Shown here: in pieces, positions 1 through 8,135 of the stretch
Layout of the letters: each line of letters begins with the position of its first letter
Numbering within the stretch: position 1 is the stretch's first letter
From: a phage
DNA: 64,000 bases
Assembly (NCBI GenBank): GCA_012690745.1
Contig: GCA_012690745.1_4086.2
Reading direction: 5' to 3' (one strand)
The notes under the pieces: generated by a model
Told to the model about the DNA's origin: nothing
The model's input: only the letters and a program-made list of their open reading frames with translations
Databases searched by the model: none
Position numbers and translations under genes: made by a program

Positions 1-119
1 TACTAATACATATTTCGGCAGAGTATGCTACAATAATTGTATTCAAATGACTTTAAACGCAAATGAAGATGGTAACAGTACTAACCTGTACTCCGGCATC
101 ATAGGTATACTATTCCTGT

Positions 120-308
120 ATGAATAATTACAAAGACTTCTATTTGAATACACTACCTACTGTACTTTCTCTAAGTGCTCAATGTAAAATCCCGCTGGAT
201 AATGCTTACGCCAGATATAGCTATTCCATAACTGTTAATCGATGTATAGAGAATCATTGCAGTACTAACCAGTACTATAACATAATCCTACTTATATTCA
301 GGTACTAA
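120..308 (+). CDS. hypothetical small protein (tandem repeat unit 1)
   Basis: Track ORF; paralogous to 310..492 and 508..699; no clear RBS. Confidence 0.3.
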   Translation: MNNYKDFYLNTLPTVLSLSAQCKIPLDNAYARYSYSITVNRCIENHCSTNQYYNIILLIFRY

Positions 309-309
309 T

Positions 310-492
310 ATGAATAAAGAACATAAAGAATTCTATATACGAAAACTAACATTCGTCCCCGTAAGAATATATAAAGAATGCGACCCAAGATTATACCTAT
401 GGCACTTCAATGAGTGCATAAAAGATTCTATATACCCTAAGAACTATAAAGAACAATTGTGCTCAGTACTAACACTAGTACTATCATATTAA
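310..492 (+). CDS. hypothetical small protein (tandem repeat unit 2)
   Basis: Track ORF; paralog of neighbours. Confidence 0.3.
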   Translation: MNKEHKEFYIRKLTFVPVRIYKECDPRLYLWHFNECIKDSIYPKNYKEQLCSVLTLVLSY

Positions 493-507
493 TTAATAGA
501 GAATACT

Positions 508-699
508 ATGTATAAAAACTTCTATATAAGTAAACTAAAAGAAAATGAACAAGTATGGATTAGATCTATAATTCCACTGGCATTTAATAGATATGCATTT
601 AACAGATGTACCGAGATTGCTATAGACCCTTATAATATTAAAGAGAATGTACAGTATAATCAGTACTACTATATCTTAATGCTTATATATAGAAAGTAA
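508..699 (+). CDS. hypothetical small protein (tandem repeat unit 3)
   Basis: Track ORF; paralog of neighbours. Confidence 0.3.
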   Translation: MYKNFYISKLKENEQVWIRSIIPLAFNRYAFNRCTEIAIDPYNIKENVQYNQYYYILMLIYRK

Positions 700-1096
700 T
701 TAAACACAAGTAGACAGGGGAAGCTCCTAGTGAACAACCTTTATGTACAGGCGAATTGTTAAAATTCAGCCTGGACAAATGCGATCACTAGGATTCTCCC
801 CAGGCTAAACCTCGTAATCATAGGTAGTCATAAGTAATCATATATAAACATTTATATGAGCACCGTAGAATCACAGAATGATTATATATGATTCAGTACT
901 GATTAGTATAGACAAGATTGCTCAAGAATGCACGGAAATGTGTGTGAATGATTCAGTACTGATATGCCACTAAGTAGGCAGAGGAAGTCTGCCGTACTTT
1001 GTAGTTTCCAAGCTCCTTTTCCATTTTGCAAATTACATCAAATGTAATCAAAAGTAATCACGCAATGATTAGTACTGAATTATTACTTTCATCTTA

Positions 1097-1141
1097 ATTT
1101 CAATTACCCCTTTACCCTTCGGGGTAAAATTCAATTACCCC
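1097..1141. repeat. Direct repeat ttcaattacccct x2 flanking a small cccttcgggg hairpin
   Basis: Read directly from sequence. Confidence 0.5.
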
Positions 1142-1337
1142 TTGAGGCTCCAGCAAAAAGTTGGTTAGTACTCCATCCTAAATCTGGATCGTAAAAATTT
1201 TGGAGTACCTATGAAATAAAAGTTGGATCTTCGAAAGTTGAAATTTACGTTGGGACGTTTATGATTTGTGGGATATAATGATGATTGTAGTCGGGTAGTT
1301 CTCAAGAATATCAGTACTGAAAGATGAAAGAAAGTTA

Positions 1338-1365
1338 TTGACATTATGATTCAGTACTGTATAAT
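1338..1365 (+). promoter_or_regulatory. sigma70-like promoter
   Basis: -35 TTGACA 1338-1343, 16-nt spacer, -10 TATAAT 1360-1365; no ORF over 25 codons follows. Confidence 0.5.
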
Positions 1366-1548
1366 GTTCTACATAGAGAGATGAGTTGCTGCGAACAATT
1401 CATTTACTCTACCTCCTGTCGTGAGACAGTACAGAAAAGATAGTTCCTCCTGTGGTGGTACATCTTTTTGAACCTCATATGAAAATCGTAATAACAGTAC
1501 TGATATTAACAGAATGGTATTAGTACTGATTTTAATCTAAAGCATTAT

Positions 1549-1568
1549 GCCACCAGCACAAGCTGGTG
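1549..1568. repeat. Perfect 8-bp-stem hairpin ccaccagc-acaa-gctggtgg
   Basis: Perfect inverted repeat; same arms recur at 7908-7915 / 7970-7977. Confidence 0.6.
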
Positions 1569-1823
1569 GATTCCCTCTAACAGTATTCAGTACTACATGA
1601 TGGTCTTCATCCTCCTAGGGTAACATAGTGAGGGCTATGATGGCAGTACTGAATACTCCCTTTCAAAAGATAGATCTATGGTATAGTACTGACGGATTTT
1701 GGGTGTAGTTACCCTGGATGGATTTTGGGCGTAGATATGTCTAGCCCTCCAGAAGTCTGGAAGTAAAGATGGCTATCCATCTAGACGGCTAAACGGCTAG
1801 ATTTCTGGATGGCTAGACGTTTG

Positions 1824-1923
1824 GACGGCTAAACGGCTAGATGGTTACACGTCTGGAAGTATAGACGGCTAGACGGCTAAACGGCTAGATGGTTACACGT
1901 CTGGAAGTATAGACGGCTAAATC
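1824..1923. repeat. Tandem 40-bp direct repeats (two full copies 1824-1863 and 1872-1911 plus partial copies), ACGGCTA-rich
   Basis: gacggctaaacggctagatggttacacgtctggaagtata occurs twice identically; degenerate copies extend upstream to about 1777. Confidence 0.7.
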
Positions 1924-2540
1924 AAAATTTTATTTTGTTTTTTCCAATAGTTCCCCTACCGCGTCGGGGTAAATTCCCCAGCAGTATCGAACGTTAGATT
2001 TTTCTGAATCTGGAATCATTATCTTATAAACTGGGGGCAATGTCAACGGCCTGGACGGATATTTTTAAAATTTTTTTCAGTACTGAATTTTGGGCGTAAC
2101 TATGCACCCGGTGGGCTTGAGTCTTTCTCGACTTGATGGAACTATTATACAGTACTGAAAAAATAAAGCAATACCCTGGAAGCAAAAAAGTTTTAATTAA
2201 TTTGCTTGCTATCCTGGGCCGGACTATGGTACTATATTTCAGTACTGAGAAAGTGCGTTTACCTGCTAGGGTGCGGGAGTGTATCCTTTTTTTATATCTT
2301 GAATTTTGGGCGTAATTCCGCACCCTCTGGGGTTTCCGCTTTCTCACGTCTATGTAGTAATTATACGCTTTTTCAGGATCAAGTCAATACCTAAAAACAA
2401 AATAATTGAAAATAATTTAACGCGTTTAAACGGCCTGTAAAGCCCTGGAATGATTGGAATGGTGCAAATGTATAGCTTATGTGTATTAATGCGTTAGAAT
2501 GCGTCTGAGGCCGTTTTATGGGGTGTAGTAGTGATTTGGT

Positions 2541-2632
2541 TGATTCAGTACTGAATAATAGTACTCCTATATAGAAAGATAGTTCCCCTGGATTGATTCA
2601 GTACTGAATAATAGTACTCCTATATAGAAAGA
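2541..2632. repeat. 39-bp perfect direct repeat x2 (2541-2579, 2594-2632)
   Basis: tgattcagtactgaataatagtactcctatatagaaaga repeated; contains two AGTACT sites. Confidence 0.7.
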
Positions 2633-2663
2633 AAACTATTTTAAAAGTATTTGTAGAAAGTAC

Positions 2664-2691
2664 TTGCACCGTACTGATAAAAGCGTATAAT
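2664..2691 (+). promoter_or_regulatory. sigma70-like early promoter with downstream 5' hairpin (2705-2723)
   Basis: -35 TTGCAC 2664-2669, -10 TATAAT 2686-2691; hairpin agcgggaa-cac-ttcccgct. Confidence 0.7.
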
Positions 2692-2746
2692 GTTTTACAT
2701 CGAGAGCGGGAACACTTCCCGCTACACTTTAAGAGAGATTAATACG

Positions 2747-3109
2747 ATGGCAACTCAAATCACCAAAATTATTGCTAACCTGGTTAACTTCCGCGACGAG
2801 ATGAAAGATCTTCCGGCGGCGACGGTTAAAACTCACATTGACGCATACCGCGAACTGATTAAAATGCTGCCGCTTAAGCGTGAACAATACGCCGCTACCG
2901 TGATGCTTGATGCGATGATCCATAAGATGATCGCCAGTGATTTGACGATGGTTTATCAGTATATGGGCGAAAATTTCGCGGTGTGTAGTAAGCCAGTACC
3001 AGGGATGGCAACAACTGAGGAATTGCACGGCTTAAACTTAAAACAAGATGCATGGGATAATATGCCTCGTTTCCTGGTATGGGCTGACAGTGGCAAAATT
3101 TACAAATAA
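2747..3109 (+). CDS. hypothetical protein
   Basis: Track ORF 2690..3109 trimmed to ATG 2747 (track ATG lies in the -10 TATAATG); protein starts MATQITK. Confidence 0.6.
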   Translation: MATQITKIIANLVNFRDEMKDLPAATVKTHIDAYRELIKMLPLKREQYAATVMLDAMIHKMIASDLTMVYQYMGENFAVCSKPVPGMATTEELHGLNLKQDAWDNMPRFLVWADSGKIYK

Positions 3110-3123
3110 GTTTAATAAAGTAC

Positions 3124-3151
3124 TTGCAAACTATGTTTAATGGCGTATAAT
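3124..3151 (+). promoter_or_regulatory. sigma70-like early promoter with 5' hairpin (3163-3182)
   Basis: -35 TTGCAA 3124-3129, -10 TATAAT 3146-3151. Confidence 0.7.
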
Positions 3152-3204
3152 GTTTTACATCAGGTGGGGAATAGTTCCCCACTATATAAGAGGATTAAAA
3201 AAAA

Positions 3205-3444
3205 ATGGCTAAATCAAAAATGTTCTTAGGTCACAAAAACAAAACTCATTGGAATGTAAGCCTGTGGATTAATAACGATGAGGGATTGTATCGGTTGGCC
3301 CTGGACTTTATTGCCGCCAATACTAATCGCAATGATGCGGCCCGTCATATGATGTTATTTTTAGAACAGACTGGACAAGATAAAACACCGGACGGATTCA
3401 AATATAGCACTACTGCGATCCGTGCGGCGATGGTTGGAATGTAA
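3205..3444 (+). CDS. hypothetical protein
   Basis: Track ORF; RBS GAGGA upstream. Confidence 0.6.
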   Translation: MAKSKMFLGHKNKTHWNVSLWINNDEGLYRLALDFIAANTNRNDAARHMMLFLEQTGQDKTPDGFKYSTTAIRAAMVGM

Positions 3445-3464
3445 TAGAATTTATTTAAAGTACT

Positions 3465-3493
3465 ATCATTTTTTTGCGATAGTACTTTATAAT
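3465..3493 (+). promoter_or_regulatory. promoter-like element (good -10, poor -35)
   Basis: -10 TATAAT 3488-3493; flanks resemble the promoter at 15935. Confidence 0.3.
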
Positions 3494-3530
3494 AGTGTTT
3501 TATTCATACACCAACGATAAGGGCAACAGC

Positions 3531-3797
3531 ATGAATATTAAGTATTTTGCGACGCGTGAACAAGCTCGGATCGCCGCACGCCAGGACGGGGCAACGTTTA
3601 AAGATATGGGAGCGGGATCGGCAAGTGGTAAACGTTGGGCCATTGTAAAGCGTAGTACGGCCAGATCATTACAGTACTGGTTAGCGGCCTTAAAAAGTCC
3701 CGATAGTGTATCGCGTCGAGTGGTAGAAATAAAGCTCGACCGAAAGGGCAACCGCGTGACCGTGTACCGTACTAAAAAGATTGCAGTACTTGAATAA
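3531..3797 (+). CDS. hypothetical protein (paralog of 16012..16407)
   Basis: Trimmed from track 3495; shares FATREQARIAAR...TFKDMG...RW and DRKGNRVTVY with 16012..16407. Confidence 0.6.
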   Translation: MNIKYFATREQARIAARQDGATFKDMGAGSASGKRWAIVKRSTARSLQYWLAALKSPDSVSRRVVEIKLDRKGNRVTVYRTKKIAVLE

Positions 3798-3804
3798 AAA
3801 GTAC

Positions 3805-3832
3805 TTGCAAACTATGTTTAAAGGCGTATAAT
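3805..3832 (+). promoter_or_regulatory. sigma70-like early promoter with 5' hairpin
   Basis: -35 TTGCAA 3805-3810, -10 TATAAT 3827-3832; hairpin gagcgggaactcttcccgc follows. Confidence 0.7.
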
Positions 3833-3884
3833 GTTTTACATCGAGAGCGGGAACTCTTCCCGCCTATAACCTGGAGTAATAAAA

Positions 3885-4115
3885 ATGACTAATATGTATA
3901 TGACTGAAGTTAAAACCGTAAAAGATACTACCACGAATAAAACTACTTACTTACAGCGGATCTGTGGTGTATGGCAACGTATCAGCAAATCAAAGTACTT
4001 TAAATTAACATCATATGCAAACCGTTCTGATTCATTCAGTACTGAAATAAAAGGTAATAAAGTACACCAATACGGCACTTATTATTATTACAGCCTGGAC
4101 GCGATTGCAGTATAA
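3885..4115 (+). CDS. hypothetical protein
   Basis: Track ORF; RBS GGAG. Confidence 0.55.
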   Translation: MTNMYMTEVKTVKDTTTNKTTYLQRICGVWQRISKSKYFKLTSYANRSDSFSTEIKGNKVHQYGTYYYYSLDAIAV

Positions 4116-4145
4116 GCAGTTTACAAATCTTTACAATTGCCGGTA

Positions 4146-4174
4146 TTGACTTATTTTGTCAGTACTGGCATAAT
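4146..4174 (+). promoter_or_regulatory. promoter (TTGACT/CATAAT class) preceding inverted-repeat element pair
   Basis: -35 TTGACT 4146-4151, 17-nt spacer, -10 CATAAT 4169-4174. Confidence 0.55.
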
Positions 4175-4197
4175 GTATTCATTGGCAGATAAGCCGT

Positions 4198-4272
4198 AGC
4201 CCATAGGGTGCGGGAGTGTATCTATAGAAAAATTAGTTTAGTATAGTTACAATTGTGCACCCGGTGGGTTAG
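4198..4272. repeat. Inverted pair of the cccaYagggtgc element (A copy 4198-4227, inverted B copy 4241-4272)
   Basis: agcccatagggtgcgggagtgtatctatag and inverted gtgcacccggtgggttag; family also at 2104, 2265, 2328, 6333, 10644, 12327, 14679, 17987, 20241. Confidence 0.6.
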
Positions 4273-4364
4273 CTGTTGTCATGGGGTATATTATGCCAGT
4301 ACTTGATAATGCTGTCAATACTTTTTTTTACTATCCAGTACAGAAAACTATTTTTAAAAAGTAC

Positions 4365-4392
4365 TTGCAAACTATGTTTAAAGGCGTATAAT
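4365..4392 (+). promoter_or_regulatory. sigma70-like promoter driving a conserved ~80-nt leader / candidate small RNA (4395-4475)
   Basis: -35 TTGCAA 4365-4370, -10 TATAAT 4387-4392; leader near-identical to 14797-14875. Confidence 0.65.
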
Positions 4393-4394
4393 GT

Positions 4395-4475
4395 TTTACA
4401 TCAGGACGGGGAACGAAATAAGTAACTTCCCGTTAAGTAGCCCAGGAGTAAGGCACACGAAAAACTCCCCTGATA
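4395..4475 (+). ncRNA. candidate small RNA / structured leader (copy 1)
   Basis: Transcribed between two tandem promoters; near-identical copy at 14797-14875, divergent copy at 7262-7330; contains hairpin cgggaa-N13-ttcccg; no ORF. Confidence 0.35.
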
Positions 4476-4482
4476 AAATAGT

Positions 4483-4510
4483 TTGACAAATGTTTTTAAA
4501 AGCGTATAAT
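4483..4510 (+). promoter_or_regulatory. sigma70-like promoter
   Basis: -35 TTGACA 4483-4488, -10 TATAAT 4505-4510. Confidence 0.7.
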
Positions 4511-4542
4511 ACTTACATCAACTACTGAATGAGGGTTATAAA

Positions 4543-5154
4543 ATGAAAACTATCACTACTACTACTTTCGTTATGGATTTTTCTGAATTGAACGCAGAAC
4601 AACAAACGTCAGCTATCGAACTGGTTCGGGAACGTGAAAAAAACTCAAACGACAATTATTTTTCTGAAAGTGAAATTGAATACTATAAAGAAACAGTACT
4701 ACCGGAATATGGCATTAATGACGCTGAAATACAATTCAGTGGTTTTTGGTCCCAGGGTGACGGTGCATCAATCAGTACTGACCACGTTGACGCAGTGAAG
4801 TTTTTACGCAAGGTTAGAGCGTTAACTAAGTATCGCTCAATCCGTCACCTGCTGAATGAAGATGAATTATCTATGAGGGTACAGCGTTCTCAATCCCGCT
4901 ACTCACACGAAAACACTGTAAGCGGGTACATTGAATCGGGGTACACTGATTTAACAGCAAAACAGGAAGCGTTAGCCAATGAGCTTGAGGAATTGCTTAC
5001 TGTTACTATTCGTGAATTATCTCGCAAGTTGTACCGTGATTTAGAGAATGCATATGAGGATCAATTCACTACTGAGAACATCACGGCACTGATCGAGGGT
5101 AACGAGTATCAATTCAATGTTATTGATGGCGTAGTAGAATCAATCGCATATTAA
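4543..5154 (+). CDS. hypothetical protein (203 aa)
   Basis: Track ORF; RBS GAGGG; contains FSGFWSQGDGAS segment; family not identified. Confidence 0.7.
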   Translation: MKTITTTTFVMDFSELNAEQQTSAIELVREREKNSNDNYFSESEIEYYKETVLPEYGINDAEIQFSGFWSQGDGASISTDHVDAVKFLRKVRALTKYRSIRHLLNEDELSMRVQRSQSRYSHENTVSGYIESGYTDLTAKQEALANELEELLTVTIRELSRKLYRDLENAYEDQFTTENITALIEGNEYQFNVIDGVVESIAY

Positions 5155-5209
5155 TTTAGTACTGAGATAATGGCGGGGAATGGTTCCCGCCTTTACTGAG
5201 GAATATCTA

Positions 5210-5497
5210 ATGAGCAAAGTAATTAGCTATACAGTATTAAGCAAGTCATTATCTATTAGCCAGTGCACTGATGGTTATTGGCTTTATGATGAATCGCGTG
5301 GCATGAATTTAGCTATGCGTGCAAAAACTGCTGAGGCGGCGTATCTTGAGGCACTGGAATACTACCAGGAACGATTAAAGGAAGTAGAAAACGATTATAA
5401 TAACCTGAAAGCGAAAGTAGATCATTTCGTCGGGCAATTCGTTGACGATGACGAGGAAGACGGGCACTACTGCGACCGTTGCGGATCTTACAGTTAA
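5210..5497 (+). CDS. hypothetical protein
   Basis: Trimmed from track 5180 to ATG 5210 with RBS GAGGAA; track start lies in hairpin 5173-5192. Confidence 0.6.
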   Translation: MSKVISYTVLSKSLSISQCTDGYWLYDESRGMNLAMRAKTAEAAYLEALEYYQERLKEVENDYNNLKAKVDHFVGQFVDDDEEDGHYCDRCGSYS

Positions 5498-5514
5498 GTA
5501 CTAAGGATTATCTA

Positions 5515-5721
5515 ATGAGTGATTTAATTGAACGTATCAAAGAGCTTGAAGAAAAAGAATTACAGTTAATCGGATTGCGTAATAAAGTTTATTCAGAGCT
5601 TGGAGGCTTCATACAGGCTTGGGATAGTGGTGATCCTGATGCTTTACCTGCTAACCGCCAGGCGATGATCAATGATGTGAGAAGTGTCTTTGATTATGTT
5701 TTAAAAAGTACTGGACACTAA
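5515..5721 (+). CDS. hypothetical protein
   Basis: Trimmed from track 5479 to ATG 5515 (RBS AAGGA); starts just after upstream stop. Confidence 0.55.
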   Translation: MSDLIERIKELEEKELQLIGLRNKVYSELGGFIQAWDSGDPDALPANRQAMINDVRSVFDYVLKSTGH

Positions 5722-5739
5722 GCAATAAAGGCGTATAAT
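5712..5739 (+). promoter_or_regulatory. sigma70-like promoter with 5' hairpin (5751-5772)
   Basis: -35 TGGACA 5712-5717, -10 TATAAT 5734-5739. Confidence 0.6.
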
Positions 5740-5791
5740 ACTTTATATCGAGAGCGGGAATAGTTCCCGCTACTAATGAGGAATACTACAA

Positions 5792-5956
5792 ATGAATACT
5801 TTTACCTTCGCTCAATTGAACGCCCTGGATGTATTGTCTGATGCTTTGCGGGATGCAACTGAAAGCGGTTTATTTGACAATGTTGACATTCACCCTGATG
5901 TAATTAATAATTTTTGTGATGCTATCGCAGAAGTACTGGAAGATCTAAAAAAATAA
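5792..5956 (+). CDS. hypothetical small protein (54 aa; not in ORF track)
   Basis: ATG 5792 after RBS GAGGAA, downstream of promoter and hairpin; stop TAA 5954-5956. Confidence 0.45.
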   Translation: MNTFTFAQLNALDVLSDALRDATESGLFDNVDIHPDVINNFCDAIAEVLEDLKK

Positions 5957-5966
5957 TAGAAAGTAC

Positions 5967-5994
5967 TTGCAATTAGTTTTTAGTACTGTATAAT
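5967..5994 (+). promoter_or_regulatory. sigma70-like promoter with 5' hairpin (6007-6025)
   Basis: -35 TTGCAA 5967-5972, -10 TATAAT 5989-5994. Confidence 0.7.
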
Positions 5995-6044
5995 AGTTTA
6001 CATCAAGGGGAGAAATGGTTCTCCCTGGTAATGAGGAAAATAAA

Positions 6045-6266
6045 ATGGCTAATATCACTACTCTTTCCCAACTGGAAGCACTGGTTAAATCTATGCGGGA
6101 ACATGCCGACAATATCGGCGTAAAAGATCCAGCCGTTTGCTTCTGCGACGAAATGAATGATGATACACTGGTAATAGCAGAAGTACAAGATATTTCTAAC
6201 TATTCATCGCGTTACACTGGCGGCGTAGCAAATAAAGGTGACTTCTGTTTATACCTTACCAAATAA
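6045..6266 (+). CDS. hypothetical protein
   Basis: Trimmed from track 6015 to ATG 6045 with RBS GAGGAA. Confidence 0.6.
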   Translation: MANITTLSQLEALVKSMREHADNIGVKDPAVCFCDEMNDDTLVIAEVQDISNYSSRYTGGVANKGDFCLYLTK

Positions 6267-6271
6267 CAACG

Positions 6272-6301
6272 CGGGGAGATAATAACTCCCCGTTACTTTT
6301 T
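6272..6301 (+). terminator. rho-independent terminator
   Basis: Stem cggggag / ctccccg, loop ataataa, then T-rich ttacttttt. Confidence 0.6.
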
Positions 6302-6434
6302 CAGTACTGAATCATTTAATAGACGGATCTCGGCACCCTGTGGGTTAGTGACTGTATCGTCTTTATGTAGTAATTATGCCAGTACTGGATGCAGTTGTCA
6401 ACAATTATTTTTCAAATACTTTTTATTAAAATAC

Positions 6435-6462
6435 TTGCTATTAGTTTTTAAACGCGTATAAT
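6435..6462 (+). promoter_or_regulatory. sigma70-like promoter with 5' hairpin
   Basis: -35 TTGCTA 6435-6440, -10 TATAAT 6457-6462; hairpin ggggagcggttcccc. Confidence 0.65.
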
Positions 6463-6509
6463 GTTTTGCATAGGGGGAGCGGTTCCCCTGGTAACTAAGG
6501 AATAAGAAA

Positions 6510-6746
6510 ATGGTCGAACAAATCAAATCAACGTCTTCGAATGTAACGGGAACGGTAGCACACTTTACTAGTGATGAATCGCGGGGCGTTCCCTATTGTG
6601 CTGTACATGTAAACACTGAGGGTAACTACTGGTTTACGGTTTACGGATCATATTCATTTGGACGGCCAGGGCATCAAAAAATTCTGGATAAAGTACAACC
6701 AACGGGTAAAAATATCACTGCCGAAATGTTTTATAAAAAATCATAA
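6510..6746 (+). CDS. hypothetical protein
   Basis: Track ORF; RBS AAGGAA. Confidence 0.6.
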   Translation: MVEQIKSTSSNVTGTVAHFTSDESRGVPYCAVHVNTEGNYWFTVYGSYSFGRPGHQKILDKVQPTGKNITAEMFYKKS

Positions 6747-6751
6747 AGTAC

Positions 6752-6779
6752 TTGATAATAGTTTTTAGTACTGTATAAT
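6752..6779 (+). promoter_or_regulatory. sigma70-like promoter with 5' hairpin
   Basis: -35 TTGATA 6752-6757, -10 TATAAT 6774-6779; hairpin gggggagcggttccccc. Confidence 0.65.
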
Positions 6780-6830
6780 ATTTTACATCGCAAGGGGGAG
6801 CGGTTCCCCCTGGTAACTAAGGATAATCAA

Positions 6831-7130
6831 ATGAAAATTGCAATCATCGCCCTGGCTTTATCTGTTTCCTCTTTCGCTGTTAATGCGTCGTTAGATGTAA
6901 GTAGTGAAAAATTCATTCAGTGCACTGTAGCGATGACCAATGAAAGTACTGGCGAGATTGTTTTAAAGGATTTAGAGATCCAGCCCGAAGCATTTAAAAA
7001 CGGGCCGTTCCATGAAGAAGACGAAAACGGTAGCACAACAATTTATTACGATGCAAGTACTAAACGCGGTTCGGTCACTGTAATGGATACTGAGAAAGTA
7101 ACGCACACAGGAGTAATTAACTGTTTATAA
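6831..7130 (+). CDS. putative secreted/periplasmic small protein
   Basis: N-terminus MKIAIIALALSVSSFAVNA-S looks like a Sec signal peptide with AxA site; RBS AAGGA. Confidence 0.6.
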   Translation: MKIAIIALALSVSSFAVNASLDVSSEKFIQCTVAMTNESTGEIVLKDLEIQPEAFKNGPFHEEDENGSTTIYYDASTKRGSVTVMDTEKVTHTGVINCL

Positions 7131-7147
7131 TCTAGTACTGAATCACT

Positions 7148-7176
7148 AGCCCACTTATACAGTGGGCTTTTTTGTT
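7148..7176 (+). terminator. rho-independent terminator
   Basis: Stem agcccact / agtgggct, loop tatac, T6 tract. Confidence 0.75.
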
Positions 7177-7226
7177 TTTGTAGTATCGTAGTACTGCATA
7201 CTTTGAAAATAGTTTTAAAAAAGTAG

Positions 7227-7254
7227 TTGACATTACCAGGGAAAAGCGTAGAAT
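7227..7254 (+). promoter_or_regulatory. sigma70-like promoter followed by ~100-nt leader (divergent copy of the 4395-4475 leader)
   Basis: -35 TTGACA 7227-7232, -10 TAGAAT 7249-7254; leader begins catcaagacggggaac. Confidence 0.6.
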
Positions 7255-7368
7255 GTATTACATCAAGACGGGGAACATTAAGTAGACCGCCAGTAAGTCG
7301 AATGAAAAACTGGACACGTCAAACAAACTTTGATAAACTAACTTAAACTTTAATTGAGGATTTATAAA

Positions 7369-7851
7369 ATGGCTAATGTAAAATCATTTCTGAAAGCACT
7401 GATTTCTAACGATACTGTTATTGCTGCTGAATTGCTGGCTGACCTGGATAATGATACCATGAAAGCAGTACGCAACAATTTTAACATTGCTTACAGTGAA
7501 GCGAAAGAACTACAAGCCAAAAAGGTAGCAGAACTGGAAGAACAGAAAAAAGCCCGTGAAGCAGAACTGCAAGCAACAATAGAAAGTATTCAGGCGGCGG
7601 TGTCTGGTTTAGATCTGGAAGTGGTTATTGAAATGGCACATAAAGCCCTGGCGGTTAAGTACGGTGAAGATAAGCCGGAATCTAAGCCTAAAAAATGGAT
7701 TCAAGAACGTGTTACTGTTGTCCTTGATAACGGGGAAGAACATTTGATTCCTGTACGCGGTAACTGCATTGCGGTAGTACTGGATGCAATCAAAGAAAGC
7801 GGTATGACTCGCGAGGAATGGATCGAAGCTCACCGCAAAGTTGAAGCATAA
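7369..7851 (+). CDS. hypothetical protein (coiled-coil-rich, 160 aa)
   Basis: Trimmed from track 7354 (TTG) to ATG 7369 with RBS GAGGA. Confidence 0.65.
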   Translation: MANVKSFLKALISNDTVIAAELLADLDNDTMKAVRNNFNIAYSEAKELQAKKVAELEEQKKAREAELQATIESIQAAVSGLDLEVVIEMAHKALAVKYGEDKPESKPKKWIQERVTVVLDNGEEHLIPVRGNCIAVVLDAIKESGMTREEWIEAHRKVEA

Positions 7852-7872
7852 CAATTAAAGTACTGAATCACT

Positions 7873-7900
7873 AGCCCACTGTATAAGTGGGCTTTTTTGT
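7873..7900 (+). terminator. rho-independent terminator
   Basis: Stem agcccac / gtgggct, loop tgtataa, T6 tract. Confidence 0.75.
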
Positions 7901-7907
7901 GTTTATC

Positions 7908-8022
7908 GTTTACCAGGCCACCAGCACCGCCTAGAATCGATTCTAACGCATTAAACTGATTATCTGATGCATCGCCCTAGCTGGTGGCGTTAAGGTCGTT
8001 AGAATGCGATTGAGGACGTTTA
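7908..8022. repeat. Complex palindromic region: arms ccaccagc (7908-7915) / gctggtgg (7970-7977), 14-bp perfect palindrome tagaatcgattcta (7922-7935), and cgttagaatgcg motif (7987-7998)
   Basis: Read directly; cgttagaatgcg also at 2492-2503 and 12043-12054. Confidence 0.6.
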
Positions 8023-8052
8023 AAGTATTTTGCAAAAAGTAATAAAAAGTAC

Positions 8053-8080
8053 TTGCACGATTAAGAGATTAGCGTATAAT
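8053..8080 (+). promoter_or_regulatory. sigma70-like promoter with 5' hairpin
   Basis: -35 TTGCAC 8053-8058, -10 TATAAT 8075-8080. Confidence 0.7.
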
Positions 8081-8135
8081 GTTTTACATCGAGAGGGGGA
8101 AACGGTTCTCCTTCCAAATCAAAGGAATCAAAACA

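Larger units (their letters stand above)
120..699. repeat. Three tandem diverged ~190-bp repeat units (120-308, 310-492, 508-699), each carrying a 60-63 aa ORF
   Basis: ORF products share N-terminal K-[DE]-FY-[IL]-x-x-L and NRC[IT]E/NECI; each unit ends in a similar AGTACT-containing tail. Confidence 0.45.
700..2650. promoter_or_regulatory. ORF-poor repeat-dense control region (candidate origin / packaging / regulatory region)
   Basis: About 2 kb without credible ORFs; at least 15 copies of the palindrome-containing motif tcAGTACTga; direct, tandem and inverted repeats; one canonical promoter. Confidence 0.5.

Noticed and set aside
2024-2347. Minus-strand ORF (107 aa) in the repeat-rich noncoding region
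   Set aside because: Lies across repeated elements with no promoter or RBS; the whole window otherwise codes on the + strand. The other minus-strand track ORFs (for example 2729..3028, 13610..13990, 28501..28863, 38397..38849, 53802..54053, 60884..61207) are rejected for the same reason: they sit antisense inside better-supported + strand genes.
1777-2632. Possible CRISPR array
   Set aside because: The repeats are few, of unequal spacing and lack the regular repeat-spacer periodicity of CRISPR; they look like iterons or binding-site repeats.
2690-2746. Track ORF starts reading MFYIE(S/R)G... (2690, 3495, 8079, 18064, 18941, 20789)
   Set aside because: The ATG is the 3' end of the promoter -10 (TATAATG) and the reading frame runs through the 5' hairpin; true starts are downstream ATGs with Shine-Dalgarno sequences.
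4543-5154. Calling the 203-aa protein an anti-restriction protein
   Set aside because: The FSGFWSQGDGAS segment seemed familiar but I cannot tie it to a defined family from memory; left as hypothetical.
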